A program made the translations under genes and the position numbers. From Cyanophora paradoxa CCMP329 (lineage: Eukaryota > Plantae > Glaucophyta), in contig QPMI01000099.1 in NCBI GenBank assembly GCA_004431415.1, forward strand, positions 1 to 64,000: DNA of 64,000 nt, in the 5' to 3' direction. This document shows positions 36,610 to 49,069 of this stretch, piece by piece (within the stretch, counting starts at the first letter, position 1; every line of letters begins with the position of its first letter). Below the pieces are notes generated by a model. That model was not told the DNA's origin. It saw only the letters and a list, made by a program, of their open reading frames with translations, and ran no database searches.

Positions 36610-38719
36610 TCAGATGGTGAGGGAGTCGTCGAGGCGGGCGAGGCCGAGGGCGCGGTTCGCGGCGTCGAGGGCGGCCCCGGCCGCCCCCCCAAAATCCACC
36701 TCCCCGCCCGCCGCCGAGCACCTGCGGGGGGGCGCAGACGAGTCAGACGGGTCAGACGAGTCGCGCCCGGACCAGCGTGATGCTATGATCTCGGCATGTT
36801 GGATCTCTTCTACGCCTTAGAAGCGAATCAAAGGCCGCGCGCGCACCACGCGTCAGCCAAAGCGGCGTCGAAGGCGGCGGCGGGCGGCGGGGGCGCGCCC
36901 TTGCCCCCCGCGGCGCCCTTGCCCCCGGCGCCCTCCTCGTCGCGGGCGAGGGGCGCGGGGACGAAGAGGGAGCGGTCCGAGTGGCCGTGCTCCGAGGGCG
37001 AGAGGCCCCGCAGGCCCCGCATGCACAGCACCTGCGGGGGGCGGTCAGAGAGGCGGGGAGGCCAAGGCAGGCGGCGCTGTCATGGGCGCTACAGCCCGGG
37101 CCAGAGCTAGATGGGAGGGGACGCTTAAGGCTCGGCGAAACGCGAACTCGGTCGCTTGGCGTAAGGAGGCCGATCGACTACCAGGGTACTTGTTAGCCCC
37201 TTCTCAGCTCGCTTCGTTCGCACCTGTGACACGTTCGGCCGCCGCTTTGGCTCCGGCTCCAGGCACGCCCGCACGACTGCGCAGGGGGGTACGTGAGCTC
37301 GGAGGGGGGGTACCGGGGGGAAGGAGGCAGGGGTACGCACTCGCGCGGGCGTCCGGGCTGACGCCCTGCGGCCAGGCGCCGACGTCGCCCTTGGACAGCC
37401 GGACCTGCGGGGCGCGTCGGGGGGCGGGGGGTACACAGTGGCGGGAGGGGGGTACGGCCGCACGAGGTTCAGGGTACCGTCCGCGTTGATGAACGGGTGC
37501 TTCCCCGTGAGGAGCCTGCGGGGGTAGGGCGCGGTCGGGAAGAGAGGGGGCGGGGGCCGGCGGGGCGGGGGGTACGCATTCACGCACATGTACAGGATGA
37601 GCCCGCAGGCCCAGACGTCGGCCCCGGGGCCGTACGCGTGCCCTATCATCAGCTCCGGCGAGAAGAACGCCGGCTGGTAGAAGGAGAGAAAGACGCGTAA
37701 GAGAGAGTACGAGATCGCTTAATCTAAGCTTCGCACGTGAAACCAGAGCGCGCACCGTGCCGCACTGCGTCTTCGCCATCTCGAGGGTGTGCGCCAGCTG
37801 CTTGGACAGGCCGAAGTCCCCCAGCCTCAGCTCCGTGGAGCCTTTGGCCTTCAAAAAGATGTTTGCGGGCTTGAGGTCTGGGGAGGGGAGGGAAGGGGTA
37901 CGTGAGTTGAGGATCGGGGGTACGGGAGGGGAGGGCAGGGAAGGGAGGTACCCCGGTGGAGGATCCGGCGCCTGTGCAGGTGCTCCACGGCCACGCAGAT
38001 CTAAAGGGGAGGGGGGTATCGGAATGGGAAGGGCGGGGGGTAGAGTGACGTGGGGGGAGAGGGGGGTAGGGCGGACCTGGCTCATGTACCCCAGGGCGGT
38101 CGCCTCGGGTACAGGCCCCTTGTCGACCAGCGATTGCAGGTCCCCCCCGCTGCGCCGGGGAGTCAGAGGTGGGGGGGAGGAAGCCGGGAGGGGGGAAGCC
38201 GGGAGGGGTACGCGCCTGCAGAGCTCCATGAGGATCGAGTACGTGCTCCCGTTCCGCTCCACTGCGGCGAAAGAGAGTTGGGAGCCGTCCCTCGCGCCGA
38301 GGTGGGTACGTGAGCGAGCAGGGGGGTACCGTGGTAGACGCCGACGACGCCCTTGTGGCTGACGCTGCCCAGGATCGCGCATCTGCCCAGCCCGGCGATC
38401 AGATTAGAACAGGTCAAGAAGCCGGCGAGCTAATCAACAGATAGTTGAGGACTCGGCTCGAGGCTCTAAGTTCTCTAGGTAATTAAGCTGCCCCTGGCCA
38501 CGCACTCCTGGTCGACGAAGTCGGGGTCCTCGGCGCCGGCGTCGATGTCTGGGCGGTTGGAGACCCATATCTCCTTCAGCGCGAACAGCCGCCCGTCGAC
38601 CTTAGAAGGGGGGCGGTTAGATTGGGGGAGGAGGGGAGGAGGGGGGGGGGTACCTTGTGGCGGGCGAGGTACGTCGTCCCGAAGTTGCCGGCCCCGAGCT
38701 TCTTCATCCGCTCCACGTC
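36610..38719 (-). CDS. NEK (NIMA-related)-like Ser/Thr kinase domain, ~13 exons; probably the C-terminal half of a gene starting at 40532
   Basis: LGAGNFGTTYL, LFALKEI, ECAILGSVSHKGVV, ILMELCSGGDL, HLHRRRILHRDLKPANIFL, LRLGDFGLSKQLAHTLEMAKTQCGTPAFFSPE, DVWACG, CLEPEPKRRP. The last exon reads ...LARLDDSLTI* with TGA at 36610-36612. Confidence 0.9.
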
Positions 38720-38970
38720 CTGGGGGGCGGGGAAGAGGGCGAAGGTCAGAGCGGGGGAGGAGGGGCGCTAGATGGCACGTTCTAGTCGGCTCGGCTCGGC
38801 TCGGCTCGGCTCGGTTCGGTTCGGCCGCACTTGACTGTCTTTTGCTCAAGCGAGCAGAGACCTTGCGCCCTCTAAGAGTTCTCTAGTCCTCTGTGGTCCT
38901 GAGTTACTACTGCGCCCTGTTCTTCTGCTCTTCTCCCCCCCCTTCCCCCCCCCCCCCCCCCCCTTCGGAC

Positions 38971-40532
38971 CTGGAGGAGGACGAAGCGGTCGGCGATGGC
39001 GGGGAGGTGGAGGGCGGCGTCCACGGTGCAGCCCTTCCCCAGCAGCCCGTCCCGCAGCTGCGCGCGGGGGCGGGGATCAGATCCGGAAGGAGGGGAGGGG
39101 GGGGAGGAGGGGGGGGGAGGGGGGGTCGGTCTGGGCCCCCGCAGTCTAGTCTAGTCTAGTCCCGCAGCTGCTCGGGACTACAGGCGGGACTCTAAGCAGG
39201 GACTCTCTGGGATGTATGGGACTCTAAGCAGACGGCAAGGACCTCAATCTTACTACGGAACTGGACTCTAGACTCTTGAAGGAGGCTCGGGCCCAGGATC
39301 TAGTCCCGCAGCTGCGCGGTGCGACAGGCTCGCGGCGAGGCGCGGGCGACTCGTCCCTCCTCGCCGAGGAGGTGCGGAGGGGGGGGGGGGGGGGGTTCTG
39401 GGCCCCGGCAGTCTAGTCTAGTCTAGAAGGAGGCTCGGGCCCAGGATCAGATCTGAGCCGATCCTCACCCCCCGCAGGCGCGCGCCCGTTCTCCCAGCCC
39501 AGCTCGCCCGCCCGCCCGCCTCACCTGGGCGAGGAGGATGGAGAACTTGCCGGTGCGCGTGCACGGCTCCAGCTGGTTCAGGATGCTCCCCAGGTGCCTG
39601 CCGGGCGGGGCGGCGGTGGGGGCGGGGGGCAGAGGTCAGCGGGCGTGGCAGGGCGCGCCGGGTTGCCCCACAAGAGGCCGGTTAGAGATCCCCGGGCAGG
39701 CCCAACCGCCCGCCCCGCCCCGCCCCGCGCCCCGAGCCAGCCCCCTGCGCACCACAGGTCGAGGCTGCCGTCCTCAGTCGAATCCAGCTTCCGCACGACG
39801 CGCTCCACCGGGAAGATCCGCGCGCGCAGGCCTGCGCGGAGAGAGAGGAAAGAGGTAAGAGATTCGATCCGCGCGCGATCGGGCAGGGCGCGTTAAGAGG
39901 TTAGAGATTTGATCTCTGCGCGATCTCGTGCGTGCGCGTGCGCATGGTCGAATCAGGGCGCGCGCCTTTCCCGAGGAGAATGCTGTGCGGGGTGAGGCGG
40001 AGGCCGACGCGGCGCCGCTCGTGGCTGTACTTCAGGCCCAGGAGCAGGTCGACGGTCAGGCGGAGAACGTCGATCTCGGCGAGCGGCGCGGCCGAGCCGG
40101 CCTTGATCCGATCCAGGAGCCCGCCCAGCGTCCCGAGCTCGTGGTAGCCCGTGAGGACGTGCACGCCGCCCACGTCCTTCTCCGAAGCGTAGATGCGGGC
40201 GAACGACGAGTGCTGCGGGCTCCAATTTGAATTCTACGCGAACCTGAGCGGGGCGCTCGACCGGGCGCGTGCACCTCAAAGAAGCGGAGCGTCTCAATTT
40301 CGCCCTCGAGGGCGCTCCGCAGCCCCGGGTGCCCTCCGGGCGCGGCGGCGTATTTGATGTGCGAGTAGTAGCGCCCGTCATTCGGGGACTGCGGGCGGGC
40401 GTCGGCGGGCGCGGTGGCGGCGGCGCGGCGGCGGCGAACCTTGACGAGGTAGATGCGGGCGGCCGGCGACGCGTCGATGAGCGCGATCCGGGTCAGATCC
40501 ACGATCCTCGTGGGCGCTGCAACGTGGACCAT
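38971..40532 (-). CDS. Degenerate (pseudo)kinase domain, 6 exons, no stop before the last donor
   Basis: MVHV...RIYLVK | SPNDGRYYSHIK...EGEIETLRFFE | HSSFARIY...VLTGYHELGTLGGLL...LTVDLLLGLKYSHERRRVGLRLTPHSILLGK | GLRARIFP...SLDLW | HLGSILNQL...LLAQ | LRDGLLGKGCTVDAALHLPAIADRFVLLQ. Kinase subdomain order is retained, but HRD, DFG and APE are absent. Confidence 0.75.
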
Positions 40533-41099
40533 CGTGGACCAACGTAGACCACCGCTTGCTCTCTCGGCGAGCCGATGGCCGTGCGGGCTCGTGGAGGCTG
40601 GTGAGGGCGAGCGCTGGCGCGAGTGGGGGTGCTGCCCAGCTCGCCGCCAACTTCAACTCCGGCGGCCGCGTCGAACCGGTGCATCGCGCGGGCAGACGCG
40701 AAGCGGCGAGATGTCTGGCGGGGGTACTCTCAACCTCCAGGTTCACCCCCCCTCCGCTCATTCCCCCCCACCCTCGGGACCAGTTCGCGGCAAGCACCGC
40801 CAGCGCTAGCACAGTTGCGTGCTCGCTAGATATCCGGCAGGACAACGGAGGGATCCCTCCCCCTCCAGACACAGGCCGCGGGCGCCGCGCTGCGACCGAG
40901 ATTTCTGGTGCAGTGGCTGCGCTCGAAGCTCGGCAAAATGCACGATAAGAAAAGCGGTGCGCCTTTCGTCGCTCGTCGGTCGCCTACCGGCGCGCCAGAG
41001 CCCGCCCGCGCTGTTTAAACCCTCGCCGCCCAACCGCTCGCCGACGCCCGCGCCGCAGACGACATCGAAGTGCCGCTCGTCGAGCACTTCCATCGCAGC
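40533..41099. promoter_or_regulatory. Probable bidirectional promoter / 5' UTR region between divergent genes
   Basis: Only ~570 bp separates the inferred ATGs at 40532 (-) and 41100 (+). AT-rich patches lie at ~40945 and ~41013. Positional inference only. Confidence 0.4.
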
Positions 41100-44000
41100 A
41101 TGGATACCGAGCCGCCGCCGCCGCCGCAGGTGGTTCGTCAACAGCTAGCGGCGAAGATGCACCCGGCCGCTGAGCTGCGCGACGCAGGACCCGTCCACGC
41201 TGATCGGCGAGAAGGGCGCTTTCAACACGTTCGCATACACGTTCGCACCCCCGCGCAGCGCTCCCCGCATTTCGTCTGAAGCGCCGTTCCGGTAGAATTG
41301 TCATCTTGAATGTCAGCGCAATCGTCATTTCGGTGCGGGCCGCCCGACGCGCCGCGGCCGCGAATGCGGGCGAGGCTTACGGTTCGCGGCAGGGCCTGTT
41401 CGTCCCGGGGGCGGGCAAGTTCGTCTGCCTCGTGCTCCTCGTCGTCCTTGGCGCGCTGTACTACGCGGCCCGCATGCTTAAGGAGTGCCTCATGATGGAT
41501 GCCGGCTCCGCTGAAATGCGGCGCATCTCCGACGCCATCCGTGAGGGCGCTGAGGGTGCGCCGCCCGCCCGCCCGCCCCGCCGCCGACCCGCGCCGCCCC
41601 TTTCTGACCGCACCGCGCGCCGCCGCCAGGCTTCCTGCGCATCCAGTACGGAACGATCTCGCGCCTGGCGATGGTGACAGCCGGCGGGCTCTTCCTGATC
41701 TACTTCATGCGCGCGGAGATGCCGGGGCAGGGCGTCGGCAAGACGACGCTGGCGCTCCTCACATCGATGTCATTCCTCCTCGGAGCCTTCTGCTCGGCCC
41801 TGGCCGGGTACACCGGCGTCTGGGTCTCCGTCCGCGTCAACGTGCGCGTCGCGGCGGCGGCGGCGCGCGGCTCGTACTACGGCGCCATGGTCGTCGCGTT
41901 CCGGGGCGGAGCGATCCCCGCCATCGTCTCTGGGGCACTCTGCATCCTCGGAATCTCGACGCTCTACACGATCTACTACGTCATCTTCGTCTCGATGTAC
42001 AATATGAACGTGCGCAGCTTCTTCTCCTCTCCTTTCCTTGTTCGCCTCGTCGCCGTCGTCCGAGTCCGCCCGCAGCCGAACGTCATCCCCGTGCTGCTGG
42101 CGGGGTACGGCTTCGGCTGCTCCCTCGTCGCGCTCTTCATGCAGCTCGGCGGCGGCACGTACACTAAGGCGCCCCCCCCTCCTTTCCTTTCCTTTGCTCT
42201 CCTTTCCTTTCAATTCCTTCTGACGCCTTCCCTCCTAGGGCGCGGACGTCGGCGCCGATCTCATCGGCAAGGTCGAGGTGCGCCTAAAGAAAGAGCGCAG
42301 AGAGAGGGCAGAGAGAGAGAGCCTCCAAAACAGAAAGAGCCCAGCCCGCCCGCCCCGCCCCGCCCCGCCCCGCCCCGCCCCGCCCCGGCCTGGGCGCAGA
42401 GAAAGATTCCTAGCGCCCCCGCCCCGCCCCGCATGGAACGGAACGGAACCGAGCGGAACCGAACCCGCGTCTCAGGTCGGGATCCCCGAGGACGACCCGA
42501 GGAACCCGGCCGTCATCGCCGACCTGGTGGGGGGTACGCCGCCTCCCCTCCCCCCCCCCTCCTCCCCCCTCCGGCCTGGGCTCAGCTCTCCGGTGCCTTT
42601 TAAGCTTAAGCGTCGCCCGCTCGCCTCTGCGTTGGAGCCGGCCGGCCGGTCCCCTCCGCCACCCCTCCCCTTCCCCCCCTCCCTTCCCCCCTCTTACCCC
42701 CCCCTCCCCTCCCCACTCACCCTCCCCCTTCCCCCTCAGACAACGTGGGCGACTGCGCCGGCTCGATGGCGGACCTCTTCGAGTCGATCGCCGTCGAGAT
42801 CATCGGCACCATGATCCTCGGCGGTGCGCGTACCCGTTTACCCGCTCTGCTGAGTGGGTCTTGGCTGGCTGGCTCCGCTGGGCCCCGCCCCGCTCCCTCC
42901 CGCCCTTGCCCGGGCTTCGCTAGAGCGGCTAGCTTAGGTCTGGCCGCGCGCCCTAAGTTAGGCCGCTCATCTAGTTTGTGGGCTTGGCTTGGCTAGCCCG
43001 CGCAACCCAGACCAGCCCCGCATCGCTCCGGTTCGGCTCGGCGCGGCTCGACGCCCTCGAGCATCTTGTTCGTGTGCTTGGTTTGGCCAGACCTAGACCC
43101 TAGAGACCTGGTGGGCGCAGCCTCGGCTCGCCTCCGCTGGATCGCCTTCCCTCCCTTACCTGGGCTCTCCATAGAACTGCCCGCGCGCCCTTAGTTGGGC
43201 CGTTTGAGCATAGGTCGGCTAGCCTTCGAGCCCCAGGCCAGCTCCGGCTGGCTCGGGCTCGGCTCGGCTCGGCGCGGCTCGGCGCGGCGCTGAGTCTGAG
43301 GCCTCCCGGCAGGCTCGCTGGCGGCCGAGTCGCAGCTGGCGAACCCCGAGCGCTTCATCTTCTTCCCCCTGGTGCCGTACCCCCCCCCACCCACCCCTCC
43401 CCCCGCCCCTCCGACTCCGCCCCTGGCAGGTCGTGCACGCGTGCGACCTGATCGTTTCCTCCACCGCCGTCATGTTCGTGCGCGGGTGCGCCTCATACCC
43501 CCCCCCTTCCCCCCCCCTCCCCCCAGCTGAGTGTCCGAGCCTTCCGCCGACCTCTTATGTAAACTCTCAAACTCGTATACAAACGCGCCGCCGTCCCGTT
43601 CCATTTTGAAAGCTCTCGAACGCCACCGATTCCACTCGCGCCGCCGCCGACGCCGCCGCCGCCCTTGCGCAGGGATCCCTCGTCAAAGGAGTGGGAGAGC
43701 CCGCTGGCGATCATGAAGCGTGCCTACTTCGTTGCCGTGGTGCGCCATAGCTAAGATATTTGATCGGGACGCCCGCCCGCCCCGGCCCCTTCCATAGTTC
43801 TAGTTCTAGTTTCTTGTCAAGAGTCTAGAGTCCAGTTCCGTAGTAAGATTAAGATCCTTGCCGTCTGTTTAGAGTCCCATCCATCCCAGAGAGTCCCTGC
43901 TTAGAGTCCCGCCTGTAGGATGAGAGAGGATCCGAAGATTAGTTCTGTAAGACTAGTGCTATGCATAGGATTCTATACGAATAGTTCCGATAGGATCATG

Positions 44001-47000
44001 AAGCGCGCCTACTTCGTCGCCGTGGTCCGTGGCCACAGGATAGGACCCGAAGATCAAAAGTAGCCGGCATCCCCCTTCTCGGCCGGTATCCCCCCGCTCC
44101 CCCTCGTTCCCCCGCTCTCCCCCGACGTTTCCCGCACCCCGCCTGGCCCCAACTGAACGCCCCCCCCCCCCCCCCCCCCCCCCCTCTCTCTCTCCTTGCC
44201 TGGTCTGTACCTGACCCGCGCTCTATTCCATCCCACCGCCTACTCGGTCGACTCAGAGCGCCGACCCCATAGGATTCGGTCCCCGCCTGACACGCCGCCC
44301 CCCCTCCCCCCCTCCCCCCCTCCCCCCCCCTCCTCCTCCTCCCCCACCGCTTCCCGTTCCACCCCGCCTGATTCGGTCCCCGCCTGACGAACCGTCCCCC
44401 CGCACCCCCGCAGTTCATGTCGGTGGTGCTCTTCACGGGCATCACGCGCTACTTCCTCTACTCCGAGGCACACCCCCAGGCGAGCCCGCCCGCCCCGCCC
44501 GCCCGCTTGTGAGCCGGCCGAGCCGTAACCTGCGCAAACTACCGAACAAACTAAACTACGAATGAGGCCATCTGAACCCTGAACTAGACTGAACTCGACT
44601 GCTTAAAACAGGCTTCCATCTGCTTTGAGCAAATGCCTGAACGTATACCCGCAGGCGTGGTGGCACTTCACGCTGGCGGGCATGCTGGGGATGGTCTGCG
44701 CCTACATGCTCATCCTCATCACCCAGGTCCGCGCCGGGCGGGGGCGGGGCGGGGCGGGGCGGGGCGGGCTAGTGCTGGAGCAGAGCAGGGCGTGCCGGGG
44801 CGGGGTGGGCTGCTCTAGGCTAAGAGAAGCGAGGCGGGTGTCCCGGGGCGAGAGAGACGCTCTTCCGAGCGAGCGAGCCTGAGCCCACTAGATCAATCCG
44901 ACCCATCATACGAACTCCTTTGAACCAAACGAACTCGACGAGCGATGCTAACTGAACTAACTGGACTCTCGGCAGTACTTCACGGAGAGACTAATCTTAG
45001 CAAACTAACTAATAGCAAACTAATCTTAGCAAACTAACTAATAGCAAACTAATCTTAGCAAGACGGCAGTACTAACTTTAATAGCAAACTAATCTTAAAG
45101 AGATGGAAGGATATATGTGTAAGAACTGACCTCTTCGCGGCAGTACTTCACGGACTACGCGCACGGGCCCGTGCAGTCCATCGCCCTCGCCTCGACCACC
45201 GGCCACGGCACCAACGTCATCCAGGTCGGCCCGGCCCGGCCCGGCCCCTCTGCTTCGCCCTGCTTGCTTCCTCGGCCTAGCCCGGCTTCCCTTGCACCGT
45301 GTGACGGGGCGGCCCCTCTGTTCAGCCCCGCCCTGCTTCCCTAACGGGACGGGGCGGGGTGGGGTGGCCCTGCTCCCTTCCTTCCCAGCCCTGCTTCCTC
45401 GGCCTAGCCCTGCTTCCTTCCCCTCTAGATCTGCCCCGCCCCGCTTGCTTCCCTAACGGTGGGGCGCAGGGCATGTCGGTGGGCCTCGGCAGCTGCGGCC
45501 CGCCCGTGATCCTCATCACCGTCGTCCTCCTCTCGGCCTACTACCTCGGCGCCAACTCGGGCCTGCCCGCGCACGCCGGTGCGCCTAGATTAAGAGCACG
45601 GCGCCACTAGGACTAAGACTCCATAACGGCGTTGCTTGGCTTTGTTTGACTTGACTTCGCGGGCGCGCAGCCGGGCTCTTCGCCACCTCCGTCGCCACGA
45701 TGGGCATGCTCTGCACCGCCGTCTTCGTGCTCGCCATGGTGCCCCCTGCCGCCGCCGTCGTCTTCGACATTCCCGTCGAGATTTGGGCTGACGGGCTCGT
45801 TCCATGGGTCAGAACAACTTCGGCCCGATCGCGGACAACGCCGGCGGCATCGTCGAGATGTCGGAGCAGCCCGAGTCGGTGCGCTCCGATCCAGATCCAG
45901 GTCTAGATCTAGGTCTAGATCAGCTTTGATGTCTGTGTTCCCTGTTTATCATTTCACCTCTTTACTTCTTAGGTCCTTTTATCTTTTGACCTCTTTGCAT
46001 TTCTTAGGTTCGGGCGATCACGGACCGGCTGGACGCCATCGGCAACGTGACCAAGGCGGCCACGAAGGGCTACGCCGTGGGCGGCTCGGCCCTGGCCTGC
46101 TTCGTCATGTTCCGCGCCTACCTCGACGAGATGAGGTGCGGCGGGCTTGAGCTCTAGATCGTACCCCCGCCCGCCCGCCCGCCAAGGAGAGCCTCTGCAT
46201 AGAGCGCGGAGGCGTGCCCTGCCCTTCGCCCCGCTCCGCTCACCGGCGGCCCTGCCCTGCCCGGCCCGGCGCAGCGTCTACGCAAACCACAACTTCCACA
46301 AGGTCGACATCGCCAAGGTCCGCCCTCTTAGCTTCTCTCTTATATATAATGGAGCTTCGCGCATATTAGAACGCTCTCCTAAAGCATAAATCAGTCCGGA
46401 GAGCGTCAATAATCGAAACGCATAAATCAAAGGTCATAAATCACGCTCTCCTATATAATACAATATGGAGCTTCGCGCTTCTCTTATATAATATGGAGCT
46501 TATAATATATAGGTCCGCCGCTTCTCTTATAGAATATGGAGCTTCGCGCACAAGGATAGGCATAGGAGCTCTATCTTAGTCCCGACCCTCTCTGTTCCCC
46601 CCAGGTCGAGGTGCTCATCGGGGGGCTCCTCGGAATCGCCATGGTTTTCGTCTTCTCGGGCTGGTTCGCTCTCTGTCTTCGTCCTCCTCTCGTCTTCTCT
46701 CAAGCTGAAGCTTCTTCCTGCCTCGCAGGGCGATGTCGGGCGTCGGGAAGACCGCCCAGATGGTCGTTCGCGAGGTGCGGCGGCTGTCCGCGTCCGCGTC
46801 CGCCGCCGCCGCCGCCGCCGCGCACCAGAGAGCCGTTCCGTCATTCCGTTCGGACGGGATCGAACGAACGTTTCTAGCATTCCGGCGGCTGCGGCGGCTG
46901 TCCGCGTCCGCGTCCGCCCGCTGCGTCCTGACGCGGCGCGATCGCTTCTTTCCTTTCAGGTACGGCGCCAGTTCAGGGAGAAGCCGGGCATCATGGAGGG

Positions 47001-49043
47001 CACCGAGCGCCCCGGTGCGCCCCGCCGCGCCCGCTTCAGCGGGGCGCTGGCAGCGCCATCTTACGTCGGCCGGGCCGCGACCGCAGAGTACGACACGTGC
47101 GTCGCGATCGTGACGAAGGCGGCGCTGCTGGAGATGACCAAGCCGGCCGCGCTCGCCCTCGGCACCCCCGTCGCCATCGGCTTCGGCGCAAAGGTAAAGG
47201 AGCTCACATAAACAACGGGAACATATAACAGGATCGATCACATGAGAGACGTAAGATGCAATAAAATACGCGGTCTCCTCCTAGGCGCTCCCGTGCCATG
47301 GCCATCATCGCTAGCTGGCTTCCACTGGAATCCACCGGCATCCGCTGGGCTGGCCTCCTTCTGCCTATCCGTCAGACGGGTTTCTGACCGCGGTACGCGT
47401 CCGCCCGCCCGTCAGATGCTCGGCGTCTACACCGGGCAGCCGAAGCTCGCCCCCGAGGTGCGCCCCGCCACCTGCGCTCTGCCGTGGGTCGCTCCCAATC
47501 CATTAGGGGCAATAGACTTCCGTGTGATATACTCCAATAGACTTCCTAGCGCTAATTATATGAAGCTTCCTCGCCCCCGAGGTGCGCCGGCCGGCGCCTG
47601 TCTTCTTCCCGCCGCCGTCCTCCGCTCGCAATCCATTCTATGTAACAAAGAAGAGATAGCCAAATTTAGCGGGGCCGCTTAGACGCCGTTGCGCTAACTA
47701 TGAGAGGCCGCCCACTTGGGTCCGCCCCGCCCCGCCCCGCTCACTTCCGTCGATTAGCCTCAAAGACGATCGATAGCAAAACCCCATCCTCCGCTAATGC
47801 GATCCGAATCCGAATGCGATCGGAATCTGGCTGACGCCGCCGCCGCCGCCGCCGGGCCGCCGCCGCCGCCGCAGGTCCTCGCCGCGTTCCTCATGTTCGC
47901 GACCCTCACGGCCCTCCTCATGGCCATCTTCATGGACAACGCGTGCGCACTCGAGCCCTTTGGCACACTAAGATTTTAAATAATAAGCGAGAGCTAGATT
48001 CTCATAAGCGAAAGCTAGATTCTGAGCTAGATTAGATTTTTTGGCACATTGGGCCTGCCCTCCTGGCGGTCTAGACTCTGAGAGTCTCGCTCGGGCGGTC
48101 CCGAGTCGGGCGCCGCCCGGCGCCGCCCGGCCGCCCGGGGCGGGGCGGTGTAGAGTTGATAAGAAGACCGAGGGCGGGCAAAGCGACGCGCGCGCGCCTG
48201 CGCGTCCCGCCCGGCCGGCCGCCCGGCCGCCCGCAGTCGGGGCCCTTGAGCCCTCTACCTGGCAAAGCGGGGCCCTCTATCTAGGGGTTTCTAGCTAGAT
48301 AGAGATAGATAGCTAGATAGAGGGGCGGGCCCGCTTTGCTGTATAGAAACCCGCAAAGCGATCCCGCCCTCCTGGCGTCGCCCCGCGTCTCGCTCGGGTT
48401 TCTAGCCGCGCCGGGCCGGGCGACTGCACTAGCTGCGGCTGTACGTACTAGCTACTAGATGCACTACCGCGTCACCGTCGACGTGACGCTCCCTTCGCGC
48501 TCCCCTGCGACTTTACAAGTTCTAGCTGCTAGCGGACGCTAGTGTACTTCATAAGTTATAAGTACCAAGTACTAGTATAAGACTCCATAAGTGACGCACG
48601 CATGCTTCCTTCGCTCCCTATATAAGTTGCTAGCTCCCTGCTTGCGAACGCTGGTACACTTTGCTTGACGCACGCGTGCTTCCTTCGCCCCCTTCGCAGC
48701 GGCGGGGCGTGGGACAACGCGAAGAAGTACATCGAGGCGGGCGCGCACGGCGGCAAGGGCTCCGACGTGCGCCGCCGCCCCCGCCACCGCTTTGTTCGAC
48801 TTTGTCTTAACGAACCTAAATTTAAACGCGATCGCAGGCGCACAAGGCTGCCGTGACGGGCGACACCGTCGGCGACCCGTGCAAGGACACCGCCGGTGCG
48901 CGCGCGCGGATTCGACCCCGTAGCGCCGCACGCGTCGCTGACGCCACCGGCGCGGCCGGCCGGCCGGCGCAGGCCCCGCCCTGCACATGATCATCACGAC
49001 GATGTCGACGACCGTCCTGGTCCTGGGGCCCCTCTTCTGTTAG
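41100..49043 (+). CDS. Membrane-bound H+-translocating inorganic pyrophosphatase, K+-independent (type II / AVP2-like), >20 exons
   Basis: [20 protein letters not shown]; GGGTYTK|[13 protein letters not shown]|[19 protein letters not shown]|[16 protein letters not shown]; YFTDY; [17 protein letters not shown]; [23 protein letters not shown]; [12 protein letters not shown]; [20 protein letters not shown]. The stop is TAG at 49041-49043. Lys in GNxTKA marks the K+-independent family. Confidence 0.95.
44990..45098 (+). repeat. Intronic AT-rich 29-bp tandem repeat (actaatcttagcaaactaactaatagcaa), ~2.5 exact copies plus a degenerate one
   Basis: Directly visible repetition within an H+-PPase intron. 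Confidence 0.85.
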
Positions 49044-49069
49044 TGCCGCCGTCTCGAGCGCCGACCGGC

